DNA of 58,184 bases from Octopus sinensis (Eukaryota): the NCBI RefSeq assembly GCF_006345805.1, contig NW_021834820.1:1-58184 (forward strand), given 5' to 3'. Both the position numbers and the translations under genes were made by a program. Of this stretch, positions 37,770 through 50,939 are shown one piece after another; position 1 is the stretch's first letter; each line of letters opens with the position of its first letter. The notes below the pieces were generated by a model. That model saw only the letters and a program-made list of their open reading frames with translations, ran no database searches and was not told the origin of the DNA.

Positions 37770-39770
37770 GAGGAGAGAGAGAGAGAGAGAGGAGAGAGAT
37801 AGTGAAGAGAGTTGTGTGAGAGAGAGAGAAAGAGAGAGATAGTGAAGAGAGTTGTGAGAGAGAGAGAGAGAGAGGGAGAGATAGTGAAGAGAGTTGTGAG
37901 AGAGAGAGAGAGAGGGAGAGATAGTGAAGAGAGTTGTGAGAGAGAGAGAGAGAGAGAGCGAGAGAGTAAAATGAAAAGAGGGGGAGAGAATAAAAACAGA
38001 GATGGGGAGGGAGAGTAGAAAGAAACAGTTTAAAAAGGGGGGGGAAGAAGAGAGAGGGAGAGAGTAAAATGTAGAGAGAGAGAGGGGGAGAATATAGATA
38101 GTTTACAAGAAGAGAGAGTGAGTAAGAAGCAGAGAGAGAGAGAGTGAGAGAGAGTGAAAAGCAGAAGAAAGGAGGAGAGATGATAGAGAGGAAAAAAGAG
38201 TGGAGAGAGTGAAGAGCATAAAGCGAGAGAAGAAAGAGTTGGAAGAGTTGGATGGGAAAGAATTGTGGTAAAATGTAGAGAGAGAAAGAGAAAGCAGAGA
38301 GAGTGAGGATAGAGAGAGTGGGAGAGCGATAATGGAGAGAGAAATAGTAGATAGACTAGGGAGAGATTAGAGAGGAAGAGAAGAGAGAGGGAGAGTAGAG
38401 AGAGCAGAAAGAGGAAGAGAAGAAAGAAGGGGAGTAGAGAGAGCAGAAAGAGGAAGAGAAGAGAGAGGGAGAGAGAGTAGGGAGAGGGTGTTGAGACGGA
38501 GAGGAAGTTAGAGAAAGTAGAGAGTGTGGGAGAGCGATAATGGGGAGAGAAATAGTAGATAGACTAGGGAGAGATTAGAGTGGAAGAGAAGAGAGAGGGA
38601 GAGTGAGGAGCAGAGCAGAAAGAGGAAGAGAAGAGGAAGGAGAGTAGAGAGCAGCAGAAAGAGGAAAGAGGAGGAGAGAAGAGAGAGGAGAGAGGAGTAG
38701 GGGAGGGGTGTAGAAACGGAGAGGAAGTTAGAGAAAGTAGAGAGTGTGGGAGAGCAGATAATGGGGAGAGAGAAATAGTAGTAGACTCGGAGAGATTGAG
38801 GGGAGATTAGAGTGGAAGAGAAGAGAGAGGGAGAGTAGAGAGAGCAGAAAGAGGAAGAGGATTGAGAGAGGGTGTAGAGAGGGAGAGGAAGTTAGAGAGA
38901 GTAGAGATAGATGTAGAGAGAAGTGGATAAAATAGTTGAAAGATTAGAGTGTGAAAGATGGCAGGAGAGTGAGGTTAGAGAAAGAGAGTGAAGAGAGAAA
39001 ATAGAGAGTAGAGAGTTTAGAGAGAAAGAGAGAGAAAGATAATGCGGGAGAGAAAGAATTGAGAAAGAGAGAGAGGGAGAATTGAGAGTGAGAGAGAGGG
39101 AGAGAATTGAGAGAAGGGCAGACAGACAGACAGACAGACAGACAGGAACTAAATTCAGAAAGGGGAAGGGAGAGGATTGAGGGAGTGAGAGACAAGAAGA
39201 AAAAAACAAGGAGAGAATTGAGAGAGAGAGAGAGAAGATTAATAAAAGAAGAAAGAAAAAGATTAGGGAGATGAGAAAGATGAAGAAGATGAGGAGATAC
39301 ATAGATAGAAGGGAAGTAAGAGTCGGGTGGCGGAGAGGAGGAGAAAGAAAGAAGACAGACAGAGAACGTGAAAGGGAAAAAGAAGAGAAGAAAGAAAAGG
39401 AAAAGAAGAAAGCGAGAAGAAAAAGAAACGGAATAGAAAAGAAAGACAAGTGGAAAAAGAAAAGAAAAGAAAAAAAGACCCTTTTTTAAAGGAAAGCGAA
39501 AGGAAGGAAAGAAGAAAAAGAAAAGAGAAAGGAAAGAAAAGAATGGAAAAAGAAAGAAAAGAAAAGGGAAGGAAATAGAAGAAGGAAAAGAAGAAAAAGA
39601 GAAAAGAAAGGAAGGAAGGTGGAAAGAAAGAGAAAGAAAGCGGAAAGTAGAAAGCGAAAAGAAAGAAAGAAAGAAAAAGACGAAAGAAAGACAAGAAAGA
39701 AAGGAAAGAAAGAAAGAAAGAAAGAAAGAGAAAAAGAAAGAAAGAAAGAGGGAGAGTAGAGAGAGCAGGG
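37770..39770 (+). repeat. ~2-kb polypurine tract with embedded ~44-bp and ~200-bp tandem units
   Basis: gagatagtgaagagagttgtg four times (37795-37950); gtgggagagcgataatgg..gagagaaatagtag three times (about 38318, 38526, 38746). Confidence 0.85.
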
Positions 39771-40261
39771 TAAGGTTGTGTGTGTTGTATTTATCAGGGC
39801 GTGTAACCTTTTTGTTTATGTAACTTGAAATATCAACATTAAACAAAGAAAGAAAAGAGGAAAAAGAGTTCGTTGGCCGATGTGTCCGGTTGGTAGGTGC
39901 CTGGTGGTGTTGGATACTGCCCGACATTGTCCCACCCCGCGGTCCAAGCTTCGGTGCCGACCGATAGCAGGTAGCAGCGGGCGTTGCCAGAAAATGCCGC
40001 TGTGCGCTGTAAAACGGATGTCGGCGAGGTATGGACTATAAACAACTTATTCTACAAGACAAGATAATGGAAGCTGTGTGTGCAGGTGTGTATATATGTG
40101 GCTGTATGCACATGTGCTAGCTTCTGTGTGCATCAATGCACATGTCTGTGTCTGTGGATGTGTGAGTGTTTTAAAAGGCAAACATCTTCCATTGTTAATT
40201 TACATTGCACTTCCTTTCTATCTTATACGCATGCGTATACGTGGTTGTGTGGTATGAAGCT

Positions 40262-40415
40262 AGCGGCGAACTGGCAGAAACGTTAGCACGCCGGGCGAAA
40301 TGCTTAGCAGTTTTTCGTCTGCCGCTATGTTCTGAGTTCAAATTCCGCCGAGATCGACTTTGCCTTTCACCCTTTCTGGGTCGATTAAATAAGTACCAGT
40401 TACGCAGTGGGGTAA
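40262..40415 (+). mobile_element. SINE type E, 5' part
   Basis: Family match. Confidence 0.8.
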
Positions 40416-40761
40416 TGCTGCCTCCTGGTGAGCCTGTGAAACGATAGATGACTGGCAAAAATTGTTAGAGTTAATGTCCCTGCTCTAAGTATGCGCCTGT
40501 AGACTGGAGAGTAGGAGAGAGGGCTCGTACCTTTCATGGTTAGGGTCACAATGGATCTGTGGGGTTCTTTGGCTGGCTCTGGTTGGAATTTCTCCTGTAT
40601 TAGGACTGCATTATTCATGTGATCACATACTTCATGTACCATGAATCGTATTTCACTGTCTTTTCCATTTCGTTCTCCTCATCCTTTATGTAAATCCCCA
40701 CCGAAATTGTTTTCTGTCCTTGTGATGCCCCCTTTATCTATGCCGCTGTGACTAACAAAGT

Positions 40762-41040
40762 AATTATTACATCCACCTTCGAGAAGGCGGAGATATTGTT
40801 TTCAGTCGTATTTGTTTGTCAGTGGACAAGATATCTCAAGAACCGCTGGATGGATTTGGAGGAAAGTTTCAGGGATGTTTGGCCACGTGACTTGCACGAA
40901 CTGATTAGATTTTGGGATCGATCCGGTACCAGACAAGGATTCTGGATTATTTGTTATATTTACTTTACATGATAACGATCTTACGTTAACTTTCAAGTCT
41001 TTCTCAATTATCTCCCTTCGGGCTGTTTCCAAATTTTTAT
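40762..41040 (+). mobile_element. Helentron-associated (HINE/DINE-like) element fragment
   Basis: ttattac(a/c)tcc(a/g)cctt terminus; related pieces at 41740-41765 and 42283-42495 (ggatcgatccggtacc...ggaggtttgcgctctctgagtgc). Confidence 0.45.
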
Positions 41041-41230
41041 TTTCGTTGCTCTATTATTAATTTTACTCGCGTCTCTATCTTAGTAGAAACTGATGGATAA
41101 AGAAATCAAACTACATAAACAAACGGCAGCAAAACCATTCAGAAATTAAATAAAACTAACATATTTTTATGATATATATATATTATATATTATGCATACA
41201 TATTAATACTTTACAGTATATTTACATATA

Positions 41231-41613
41231 TGGAAGCACTCCGTCGGTTACGACGATGAGGGTTCCGGTTGATCCGACCAACGGAACAGCCTACTCGTGA
41301 AATTAACGTGTAAGTGGCTGAGCACTCCACAGACACGTGTACCCTTAACGTAGTTCTCGGGGATATTCAGCGTGACACAGAGAGTGACAAGGCCGGCACT
41401 TTGAAATACAGGTACAACAGAAACCGGAAGAAAGAGTGAGAAAAAGTTGTGGTGAAAGAGTACAGCAGGGATCACCACCATCCCCTGCCGGAGCCTCGTG
41501 GGGCTTTAGGTGTTTTCGCTCAATAAACACTCACAATGCCCGGTCTGGGAATCGAAACTGCGATCCTACGACCGCGAGTCCGCTGCCCTAACCACCGGGC
41601 TATTGCGCCTCCA
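41231..41613 (-). mobile_element. SINE type B, tail i
   Basis: Reverse-complement match to 27757-28144. Confidence 0.9.
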
Positions 41614-41801
41614 CTTTACATACATACATACACCTATACATCGATCTAACATAACAGGAATATTAAATGAAGGCCGGAATTTAAGAGAAGAGAAAACCAA
41701 AAGGTCTCATGCTATTCTTTTAAACATTCCTGAGTAGAACTTATTATTACCTCCGCCTTTGAAACTATTTTCAATGGTGAATTTGTTAACTTTGGCTTGT
41801 A

Positions 41802-42212
41802 TTCTTTTACTCTTTTACTTGTTTCAGCCATTTGACTGCGGCCATGCTGGAGCACCGCCTTTAATCGAGCAACTCGACCCCGGGACTTATTCTTTTTGTA
41901 AGCCCAGTACTTATTCTATCGGTCTCTTTTGCCGAACCGCTAAGTAACGGGGACATAAACACACCAGCATCGGTTGTCAAGCAATGCTAGGGGGACACAG
42001 ACGCATAAACACACACACGCGTATATATATATATATATATACATATATACGACAGGCTTCTTTCAGTTTCCGTCTACCAAATCCACTCACAAGGCTTTGG
42101 TCGGCCCGAGACTATAGTAGAAGACACTTGCCCAAGGTGCCACGCAGTGGGACTGAACCCGGAACCATGTGGTTGGTTAGCAAGCTACTTACCACACAGC
42201 CACTCCTGCGCC
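41802..42212 (-). mobile_element. SINE type A, full length
   Basis: Reverse-complement match to 15306-15736. Confidence 0.9.
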
Positions 42213-42494
42213 AGATAAGGATAAACTATTTATTACTGTTACTAAATTTTCTACAGCCACCTTCACATTCCATGACTACCATTGGATCGATCCGGTACCG
42301 AACAAGGATTCTGGATTATTTTTCCTGTTCTTTTCACTTAATTTTTGAGAGCGGTCGGGTTCATTTTTAGTATTCTCGTTTGTGAGAGCAGTCGAGTTTA
42401 TTTCAGATATTCTCATTTTAAAAAACCATCTCTGGTTAATCGTTGAGAGGACGTTGGTGTTGCCTTGATGGAGGTTTGCGCTCTCTGAGTGCCA

Positions 42495-42514
42495 CTTATT
42501 TTATTATATTATTA

Positions 42515-42552
<38 letters not shown>

Positions 42553-42775
42553 TTATTATATTATTATCTTATTCTTTATTATTATTATTATTATATATTA
42601 TATTATTATTATTATTATTATAATTATCATTATTATTATTATATTATTATTATTATTATTATTATATCATTATTATTTCATTATTATTATCATTATTTTA
42701 TTATTATTATATAATTATTATTATTATTATCATATTAGTTATTATTATTATTATTATCATTATCTTATTATTATA

Positions 42776-42812
<37 letters not shown>

Positions 42813-42814
42813 TA

Positions 42815-42858
<44 letters not shown>

Positions 42859-42919
42859 ATTATTATTATTATTATTATATTATATATTATTATTCATTAT
42901 TATTATTATTATCATTATT

Positions 42920-42954
<35 letters not shown>

Positions 42955-43006
42955 TATATTATTATTATTATTATCATATATTATTATTATTATCTTATCA
43001 TTATTA

Positions 43007-43053
<47 letters not shown>

Positions 43054-43070
43054 ATTATTATTATTATTCA
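42495..43070 (+). repeat. Long degenerate (TTA)n microsatellite
   Basis: Direct inspection. Confidence 0.95.
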
Positions 43071-43646
43071 TGGAGGTGGGTTGGAAGAATAGTTACCAGG
43101 CCGGATAAACAGAATTTCTTCCGGCTCTTTCCGTTCTGAGTTCAAATTCCGCTGAGGTCGACTCAACCTTCCGTCCTTTCGGAGTTCGATAAAATAAATA
43201 CCAGCTGAGCACGTGGGGGTCCATGTAACTGACTATCATCCACCCTCTAAATTGCTATCCTTGCATCAAAATTAGAAAGATTTATTGTTGATATTATATA
43301 CACGCACACAAACACACACACACACACACACACACAGATACACAAACTTGAACCCCAGTAACTGTAAAAAAATCCTTGATAAGAGAAGATGGAAAAGTGA
43401 AAATAATCAGCTGCACAGACAGACATGTTTATCTTTTGTTATTCTTAAAACAAAGGCTAGCGATAAACAGAATTGTAAACTACCATTGTTTATATATGTG
43501 TGTGTAGAGACGGAGAGAGAGAAAGATAGAGAGACATTTATGTACATGCATGCATGTGCGTATATATCAAAAATATATATATATATATATAGAATATATA
43601 TATATATATATATAGATAGAGAGAGAGAGAGAGAGAGGAGAGAGGA

Positions 43647-43810
43647 GCAGGATGGCTGTGTGGTAAGTAGCTGGCTTACCAGCCACAGGCTCCGGGGTTC
43701 AGTGCCACTGCGTGGCAGCTTGGGCAAGTGTCTTCAACTATAGCCTCAAGCTGAACAATGCCTTGTGAGTGGATTTGGTCGACGGAAACTGAAAGAAGCC
43801 TCTCGTATGT
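43647..43810 (+). mobile_element. SINE type A, 5' half
   Basis: Head match, ending in (TA)n. Confidence 0.8.
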
Positions 43811-43868
43811 ATATATATATATATATATATATACATACATACATACATACCTCACTCTCTCTCTTATA

Positions 43869-43910
<42 letters not shown>

Positions 43911-44432
43911 CATACATACATACATACATACATACATACATACATACATACATACATACATACCTCACTCTCTTCTTATCTTATATATATATATATATAT
44001 ATCGCCTATACTATTGATTCTGTTATTATCATTTTTTAATTGTTACACTAGATAATAATAGAATTAATGTTATCTTCGCAAATTATTTTTTTAGTGAATT
44101 AGTTATCTCTTGAATTATTTGCTCCGCATTGAAATGTGTGTGTGTGTGTGTGTCTACAGAGCAAACCAAAACTTATTTGACCATTATTTTACTACCAGAT
44201 TATGGTAGAGTAACTTTTAGCTCACCTTGTACTTAGGAATGTTTATGCACCTTCGTGTTTACTCTCTTAGTTGCGATGTTAACATTTCTAAAAACAGTTT
44301 GTATGTATACGTACGTACGTACGTATGTATGTATGTATGTATGTATGTATGTATGTATGTATGTATGTATGTATGTATGTATGTATGCATGTAAATGAAT
44401 AGATAGATAGATAGACAGATAGATAGATAGAC

Positions 44433-44518
<86 letters not shown>

Positions 44519-44781
44519 TGATAATCGTGGTGTCAGTGGTGGGCCTATTCATAATGATATAGGGTAATAGTTGCTTTCCTCTATGTAAGATTATCGTTGC
44601 TGTATTCTGTAAGTTCAATATTTGCCAAATGGTCAAAGGTCGGGATGTGAAAGGTGGATATTCATCATGATATCAATACACGTTCGGTCTACTGGTTCAG
44701 AGATAAACATCTAAATGCCTTATACAACCTCTTCCATCCTCTCTCTCTCTCTCTTTCTCTCATTCTCTCTCTCTCTCTCTC

Positions 44782-44830
<49 letters not shown>

Positions 44831-45630
44831 AAGGAGGTATCACGTTCATAGCCATTTGACCTACTACAAAAAGACGCCAATACTACTTCAAATTATCCAC
44901 TACTGGCTTAAGAAGAGAATAATGCATGAGATTATATATTGTCGTTTTTAAAACTACCACCAATACTCTTCTTGCAATACCCGCAGATATCACAAACGTT
45001 TTAACTAAAGTTACAGCTGTCCATGAAATCAGGTTGTTTCTAGGTCAGAATTATCAGAATAAATTATACGTGTGAACAGGTCAAATCCTTAATCTTAATA
45101 CGATAATAGTAATATTACATCTCGTTCACACAATGGCAAAAATCTTAAGAAGTAACTGATGTGTCGAACCTAAGTATCTTCGACAGACAGTAGAGAAAAC
45201 CAGCAATACGTTCAAAATCAGATATAATCAACACATCTACTCCTTCATATATACAAACGGGATTCCACTTTACTGTTTCAACATGTTAGGACTGCGAAAA
45301 AAAAATCGAAATATTTGATTGGCTAGTCATTTGTTGAAATTCGAGACCGTTTGAAATATATTCGTCTCTGAGATTGAAAATGAAAGCAAATATCTTCTAT
45401 GATAATTCCAACTACCTAAGTGCTGATTTCCAATGAACAAATTATAAGTCAGTGCTGATTGATCAACGGTTGCATTTTTACATATTCACATAAATGATCA
45501 TGCACGTATATGTATAGGCATGTCTGTGTGTGCGCGCGTAAATGCACTCATGTGAATATGTCCTAATATACGGATGCGTTGGTGGCATGCAATTAATATA
45601 CGGAGTAACGAACACACAGAAACATACAAG

Positions 45631-45704
<74 letters not shown>

Positions 45705-45767
45705 GTAGATAGATGGATGGATGGATGGATGGATGCATGCATGCATGGATAGATGCATGTATGCATG

Positions 45768-45859
<92 letters not shown>

Positions 45860-46417
45860 TCAAATTTGTATCACATTTTACCACTATTTCGTACATCGGA
45901 TTCCCCACCCCATTAGTTTTTTTTTGTTGTTGTCTTTTGCTTGTTTTTTTTTCTTATTTTATGATTTTGAAAGATATGTACATTTTCTTTTTCTTTCTTT
46001 ACTTCTGTCCAACATTGGCCTGCGGGCATTCCCTTGAATAGTTTAGTCGAAAAATAATTGATCCCAGAACTTGCTTTTAAGTCAGATATTTATTGTATCG
46101 GTCCTTTTCGTCGAACTGCTAAGTTATGGGAACATAGACAAACCAACGTCGGATGTCATGTAGTTGGGAACAAACACAAAGACACACCAATTACACACAC
46201 GCATGCACATGTAGGACGGGCTTCTACACAGCTTCTGTCTGCCAAATTCACTCACTAGACGGTGGATCTCGAAATAGGTAAAGCTATAAATAATAGCTGC
46301 CTTATAAGAAATAACAAATAATATAATGGTTTATACGTTTACTTTCTACTACAATATGTCTGGATTAGGACCCCTTCTTCTGGAAGTGGTTCTGTAAGCT
46401 AACATCTCTTCTGTATC

Positions 46418-46492
<75 letters not shown>

Positions 46493-46529
46493 TGTGTGTG
46501 TGCGTGTGTGTATACGTATGAATGCGTTG

Positions 46530-46815
46530 CTATGATAGCCTATCATCTGCGTGTAGCTCGGTTCTGTTGTTAATATGTGGGTTGGGCTTGTTAATTAAGA
46601 TGGCTTCTTCTATTCTCAGGTTCCCAATGTTCCATTCTGTGTATTTAATAGAAACCTGGATGTCTTGAGTGTGGTATTTCCGTAGGTATCTTTTTGACAG
46701 AAGAAGCATTGATTTAGAGGTGTTATTTAACCAGTATGTGTACTTATCTGGTTTTACATTCGATAAGCCATACTCGCTACATGTAGTTTTATACACAACG
46801 TCACAACGTAGAACT
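46530..46815 (-). mobile_element. Penelope-like retroelement remnant (GIY-YIG C-terminus)
   Basis: Minus-strand peptide LRIEEAILINKPNPHINNR resembles the E-A-x-x-I...P-x-x-N end of PLE endonucleases. Confidence 0.55.
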
Positions 46816-46816
46816 G

Positions 46817-46853
<37 letters not shown>

Positions 46854-46863
46854 CTCGTGCTGC

Positions 46864-46906
<43 letters not shown>

Positions 46907-47207
46907 CATGTGAAACTCTGATATAATAAAATTGATGGCGTGGAAGAAAAATGCATTTCAATGAAAAATTGGTTGGAATGAGATTACCAAATTTGCGAAC
47001 ACAGTTTTATACATACAATATAAAAGATCAGGGAGTGAATGGTAAATAGGAACTATTTACTAAAGATGCAAAAAAAGACAATCAGAACAAATGTGTTCCA
47101 ATCGCGGTCTGTCTTTTTATAGAATTTTTATAGAGTTTTTCTTTTTCCTCTAAATGTGTGTATTTTACGCGAGGTTTTATTGATTTTCTGTATGTTGTAT
47201 TTTTCAG

Positions 47208-47381
47208 GAACATTATTGTCATCGGTAACAGTGTTCTGTGTGGAGAAAACCCGTATCTCATCCCGCGGTCGAGCCTTCTGCCTTAATCTGCTGTCAGCAT
47301 TCCTCCAGATGATCACTTTTATACTAATTGTTGGTTGGATTTGGAGCATCATATGGGGTATGACATTCGTAACATTAGCCT
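47208..47381 (+). CDS. stum: Internal coding exon of a stum (stumble)/SPEC3-family membrane protein
   Basis: Acceptor ttttcag (AG 47206-47207) and donor GTAAGT (47382-47387); 174 bp, phase 1-1. Translation (G)TLLSSVTVFCVEKTRISSRGRAFCLNLLSAFLQMITFILIVGWIWSIIWGMTFVTLA matches the STUM core as I recall it (GTFVSAFTVLC...[34 protein letters not shown]). Confidence 0.9.
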
Positions 47382-47492
47382 GTAAGTAGCAGTCCTTTAA
47401 TACTTAAACATAATACGCACATACGCATACACACACACAAACAAACAACAAATACGGCACGCATACATATATCGACAGATTGATAAATATTG

Positions 47493-47561
<69 letters not shown>

Positions 47562-47564
<3 letters not shown>

Positions 47565-47955
47565 CAGTATCGCCCGGCGTTGCTCGGGTTTGTAAGGGAA
47601 ATAACTATATAAGCATTTTTAGAGATGTAAAATATAATAGCCATTTCAATATGGCTAACAGCAAAGGGGTGGTGTTACCGTAGCTTTTTACGTTCTGAGA
47701 TTTAATAATAAATTTTTAGAGAGTTACTTCCCTTATATATGCCAAAAATGCATTAAGAATGGGAAAAATTGATGGTAATTTTTTTTTAAATCGTAGACTC
47801 ATCGTAGACGCGCGCTAATACCCAGAAGGGCTCGATATGAATCACGACTATAAGATACCCGGTTTTGGTTAATCTGCACCGCAAAATGTGGGAGTAGTTA
47901 GGAATCTAAATCGTAGGAGACAGACAGCACACAACCTTACTTTTATATATAAAGA
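47562..47955 (-). mobile_element. Non-autonomous Helitron in the stum intron
   Basis: Reverse-complement match to 24563-24962; inserted in (TA)n. Confidence 0.85.
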
Positions 47956-48592
47956 TATATATATATATATATATATAAGTTCTTTGTAAAAGTGAATTAA
48001 TTTAATAAGTATTTAGACGCAGGTGTGACTGTGTAGTAAGACGTTTGCTTCCTAACCACATGGTTCCAGGTTCAGTCCCACTGCGTAGCACCTTGGCTAA
48101 GGGTCGTCTACTATAGACGCACGTGCGTATACTTGCATACTCGCACACTGGCTTGATCTGCGGCTGGACAACAGAACAATTAGCAATTTGGCTTTCTTCC
48201 AATCCAAACCTATTGTAATATAGCCAGCTGTGATATATCTACTTAATGCAGATATATAACGGGGGGGGGGGGTAAATTAACTGAGGTATTTTGTCTGGGG
48301 ACGATATCTCTTGTGAATGCAATGTGTCTAAAGACACAAAACTATATCGGTAGAAGACAAAAATCATCCAGCAGCGGCGATGTGAGTACCAGATGTGCAT
48401 TTCTGCCTCATTGAGTTTTGTCAGTAGCATGTATACAAGCTTACTGCGTGCTAAGGCAAGATCTGTCGCCACTAATACAGGAAAACAGGAATAAAAATTT
48501 ACTGATGTTGCGATTAGCCGCTCAACCGAATAAAAATACGTTATGTGCAACAGAAACAGTATTAGATTAGCATATCCCTCAGTATTGTATTT

Positions 48593-48995
48593 TATTGGCA
48601 TCCTTTCTGTCTTGGGAGACAATGGAGTTGCGCATGAAGTAGTCTAGTCCGGCTTTTATATTTCATGTCCTGATACATTTCCTGTTGTGGCTGTGTAGTC
48701 CTATCCTGGACAAACACTCCCTCTGGCAGGTACCGCAAATGTAGCGAAGACTGTTCCTGGCTGGTTGTAGTGCCATAGTCTCTTGTTTACGTCTCTTCCT
48801 TTCTTTCCATTTCTCCTCTCTCTCTCTCTCTGTCACTCCTTTGTATTCTCTCTTTTACGGTACGTCGCCATTCTCCGCGGTTGCCGGCAACTGCCTCCCA
48901 ACCGCTAATATTGATGTTGCAGGCCTTCATGTCCCTCAGTATATTGTACTTAATGAAAGTACTTTGGGAAAGGCAAGTTTACTGGGATACTCGTC
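48593..48995 (-). mobile_element. RTE-clade LINE 3' fragment in the last stum intron
   Basis: LRDMKACNINISGWEAVAGNRGEWRRTV and, across a frameshift, YICGTCQR/CLSRIGLHSHNRKC: RTE C-terminal zinc motif. Confidence 0.75.
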
Positions 48996-49139
48996 CGGTT
49001 TTGTGATATATTTCAGCTGTTGTGTACATAAAATATAATTCTTGTTTAGTTATAAGCGAATTTGTTTCTGAATTCTTCATTGAAGTTTCTCTTTTTTTTT
49101 TTTTTTCATTATTTATTGACTTTTTTCGTTTCGTTTCAG

Positions 49140-49204
49140 CCTCAAAAGGTGAGCCAGCTCGTAAGCAATACTATGTCAGACGACAGAGCAGCATGCCAGA
49201 GTAG
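49140..49204 (+). CDS. stum: Terminal coding exon of the stum homolog, (S)SKGEPARKQYYVRRQSSMPE*
   Basis: Long polypyrimidine tract ending tcgtttcag (AG 49138-49139). Phase 1 fits the previous exon (T+CC = Ser). TAG at 49202-49204; AATAAA at 49561-49566. Confidence 0.75.
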
Positions 49205-50184
49205 AGAAGCAGGATAGATAGAGAGAGAGAGAACGAAGGAAAGAAGAAGAAGAAGAAGAAGAAGAAGAAGAAACGAGGATGCAGACGACAGAGCGGATTT
49301 AACATTTCATACTTCACTAAGACACTCACATACACAAACACGTACTCACAAATACACACAGACAGGTCACATTTTCACACACAGTCGCATACACATATAC
49401 ATACATATACACCCTCATATATAGTCTAGCTCTCTTATACATACACACACACACACTAAAGCATGCACATTTGCATATGCACCCTGTCATATGCACACAC
49501 ATAATACGCACACTCCAACCGAACAGTACGCTTACACACTCACGCATACAGATACCCAACAATAAACTTACATACACACAGCTATACACACACACAATAT
49601 ACATCCAGTACTGACACACACAGATACACACTCCCTCAACAGTACACTCACGCACAAAAGAACGCGGTGATCTAAGCCGATATAAACAACAATGGTTTTT
49701 ATATACCTTTTTCCTGTGGCGAGTGACGACGAACATGGCTAGCACGGTTTCAATTCCGGCTTGAATACCGTTTTACTTCACTTACGCCGCTAGTGCTCTT
49801 TGGACAGGTATCAACATCATAACGTCCCCTTACCCACTCCACTGAAAGGGGGGGAAATATTTTAAGAATTTCCCATAACTAACCCCCACCACCTTCAACA
49901 AAACCCCACAACCTTACCTAAAAACACACACATTGGGCCTTTGTGATTAACTATTGAATAATATATATATACACAATATATATTGTGGTGAGCGTCATTT
50001 AATACAAGATAGAGCTTCCGGCGGCTCGAAACCGTGACGTCGGGTTAGATTTCTGGATAAAGCAGCCTTATTTTTTTTTTTTCAATTCATTTTGCGCTGC
50101 TAATGTCCTTAGAAAACAGCATGAACGTCCTAACATCCCATTTTCCCCCAACCACCACCATCACCAACAATCTACCCTTCGAGC

Positions 50185-50289
50185 CTATAAGGGAGCTTCT
50201 ATATGGTCACTAGACTCGCTAGAAATAACCGTCAAATTTCCTTTTATTCACGTTCTACTGTTTTTTAAAAGAAACAACAATTTAGTCCT

Positions 50290-50349
<60 letters not shown>

Positions 50350-50670
50350 AGAGGGGACAATTACAGCTGAAGTGCCTTTGATCTTTGGTCTGTTAAATTA
50401 GGGTTGACCTGGGCCCAGACAACACCAAGACACCATATCCTGAAACTTACAGGCCTTCAGCCAACAAGGGAATCTCTTCGAGTTGCTTTCTCTGCAAGAA
50501 ATAGCAACCAAATCTCCCTCAAATCACATCGCACCGTCGTAAAAAGGGAAGGACATGAGATAATGTAGTCGTAGCAACAAAAACATAAAAGACGGGATGG
50601 ACACGGCTGGAATGCCTTTGATCATAGGCCGGCTCGATGAGGGCTCACTTCGGGCTGAACAACAACAGTT
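50185..50670 (+). repeat. Unclassified ~200-bp repeat ending in (CAA)n, tandem pair
   Basis: agaaatagca.ccaaatctccctcaaatcac...gcctttgatcatagg...ggggctaaacaacaac-like; relatives at 5100-5500, 7370-7520 (-), 15840-16040 and 28880-29290. Confidence 0.6.
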
Positions 50671-50939
50671 ATAGGGCCTTACCCCCAAAACAGAAACCGA
50701 AATTCCATACCTTTATTTAGAAGCAAGCCCCACCGCCACAACCACCACTTTCAATCTCCCTCTCTCCCTTTTTTCTCATTGTCCTTCTTCCCCTGCCCCT
50801 TTCACGTTTTTATTTTTCTAGACCCTTGTGTTTTTTCATTTTTATTTATTTATATATTTATTTGCGCTATTCTTTTAATAAACGATCTGTTTTGTTTTAA
50901 AAAACCTTTCAAAGATATATTTTATTTTCTAAGCTGGAA

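Noticed and set aside
49990-50042. GAGC/GCTC stem followed by GAAA, hammerhead-like
   Set aside because: No CUGANGA box upstream.
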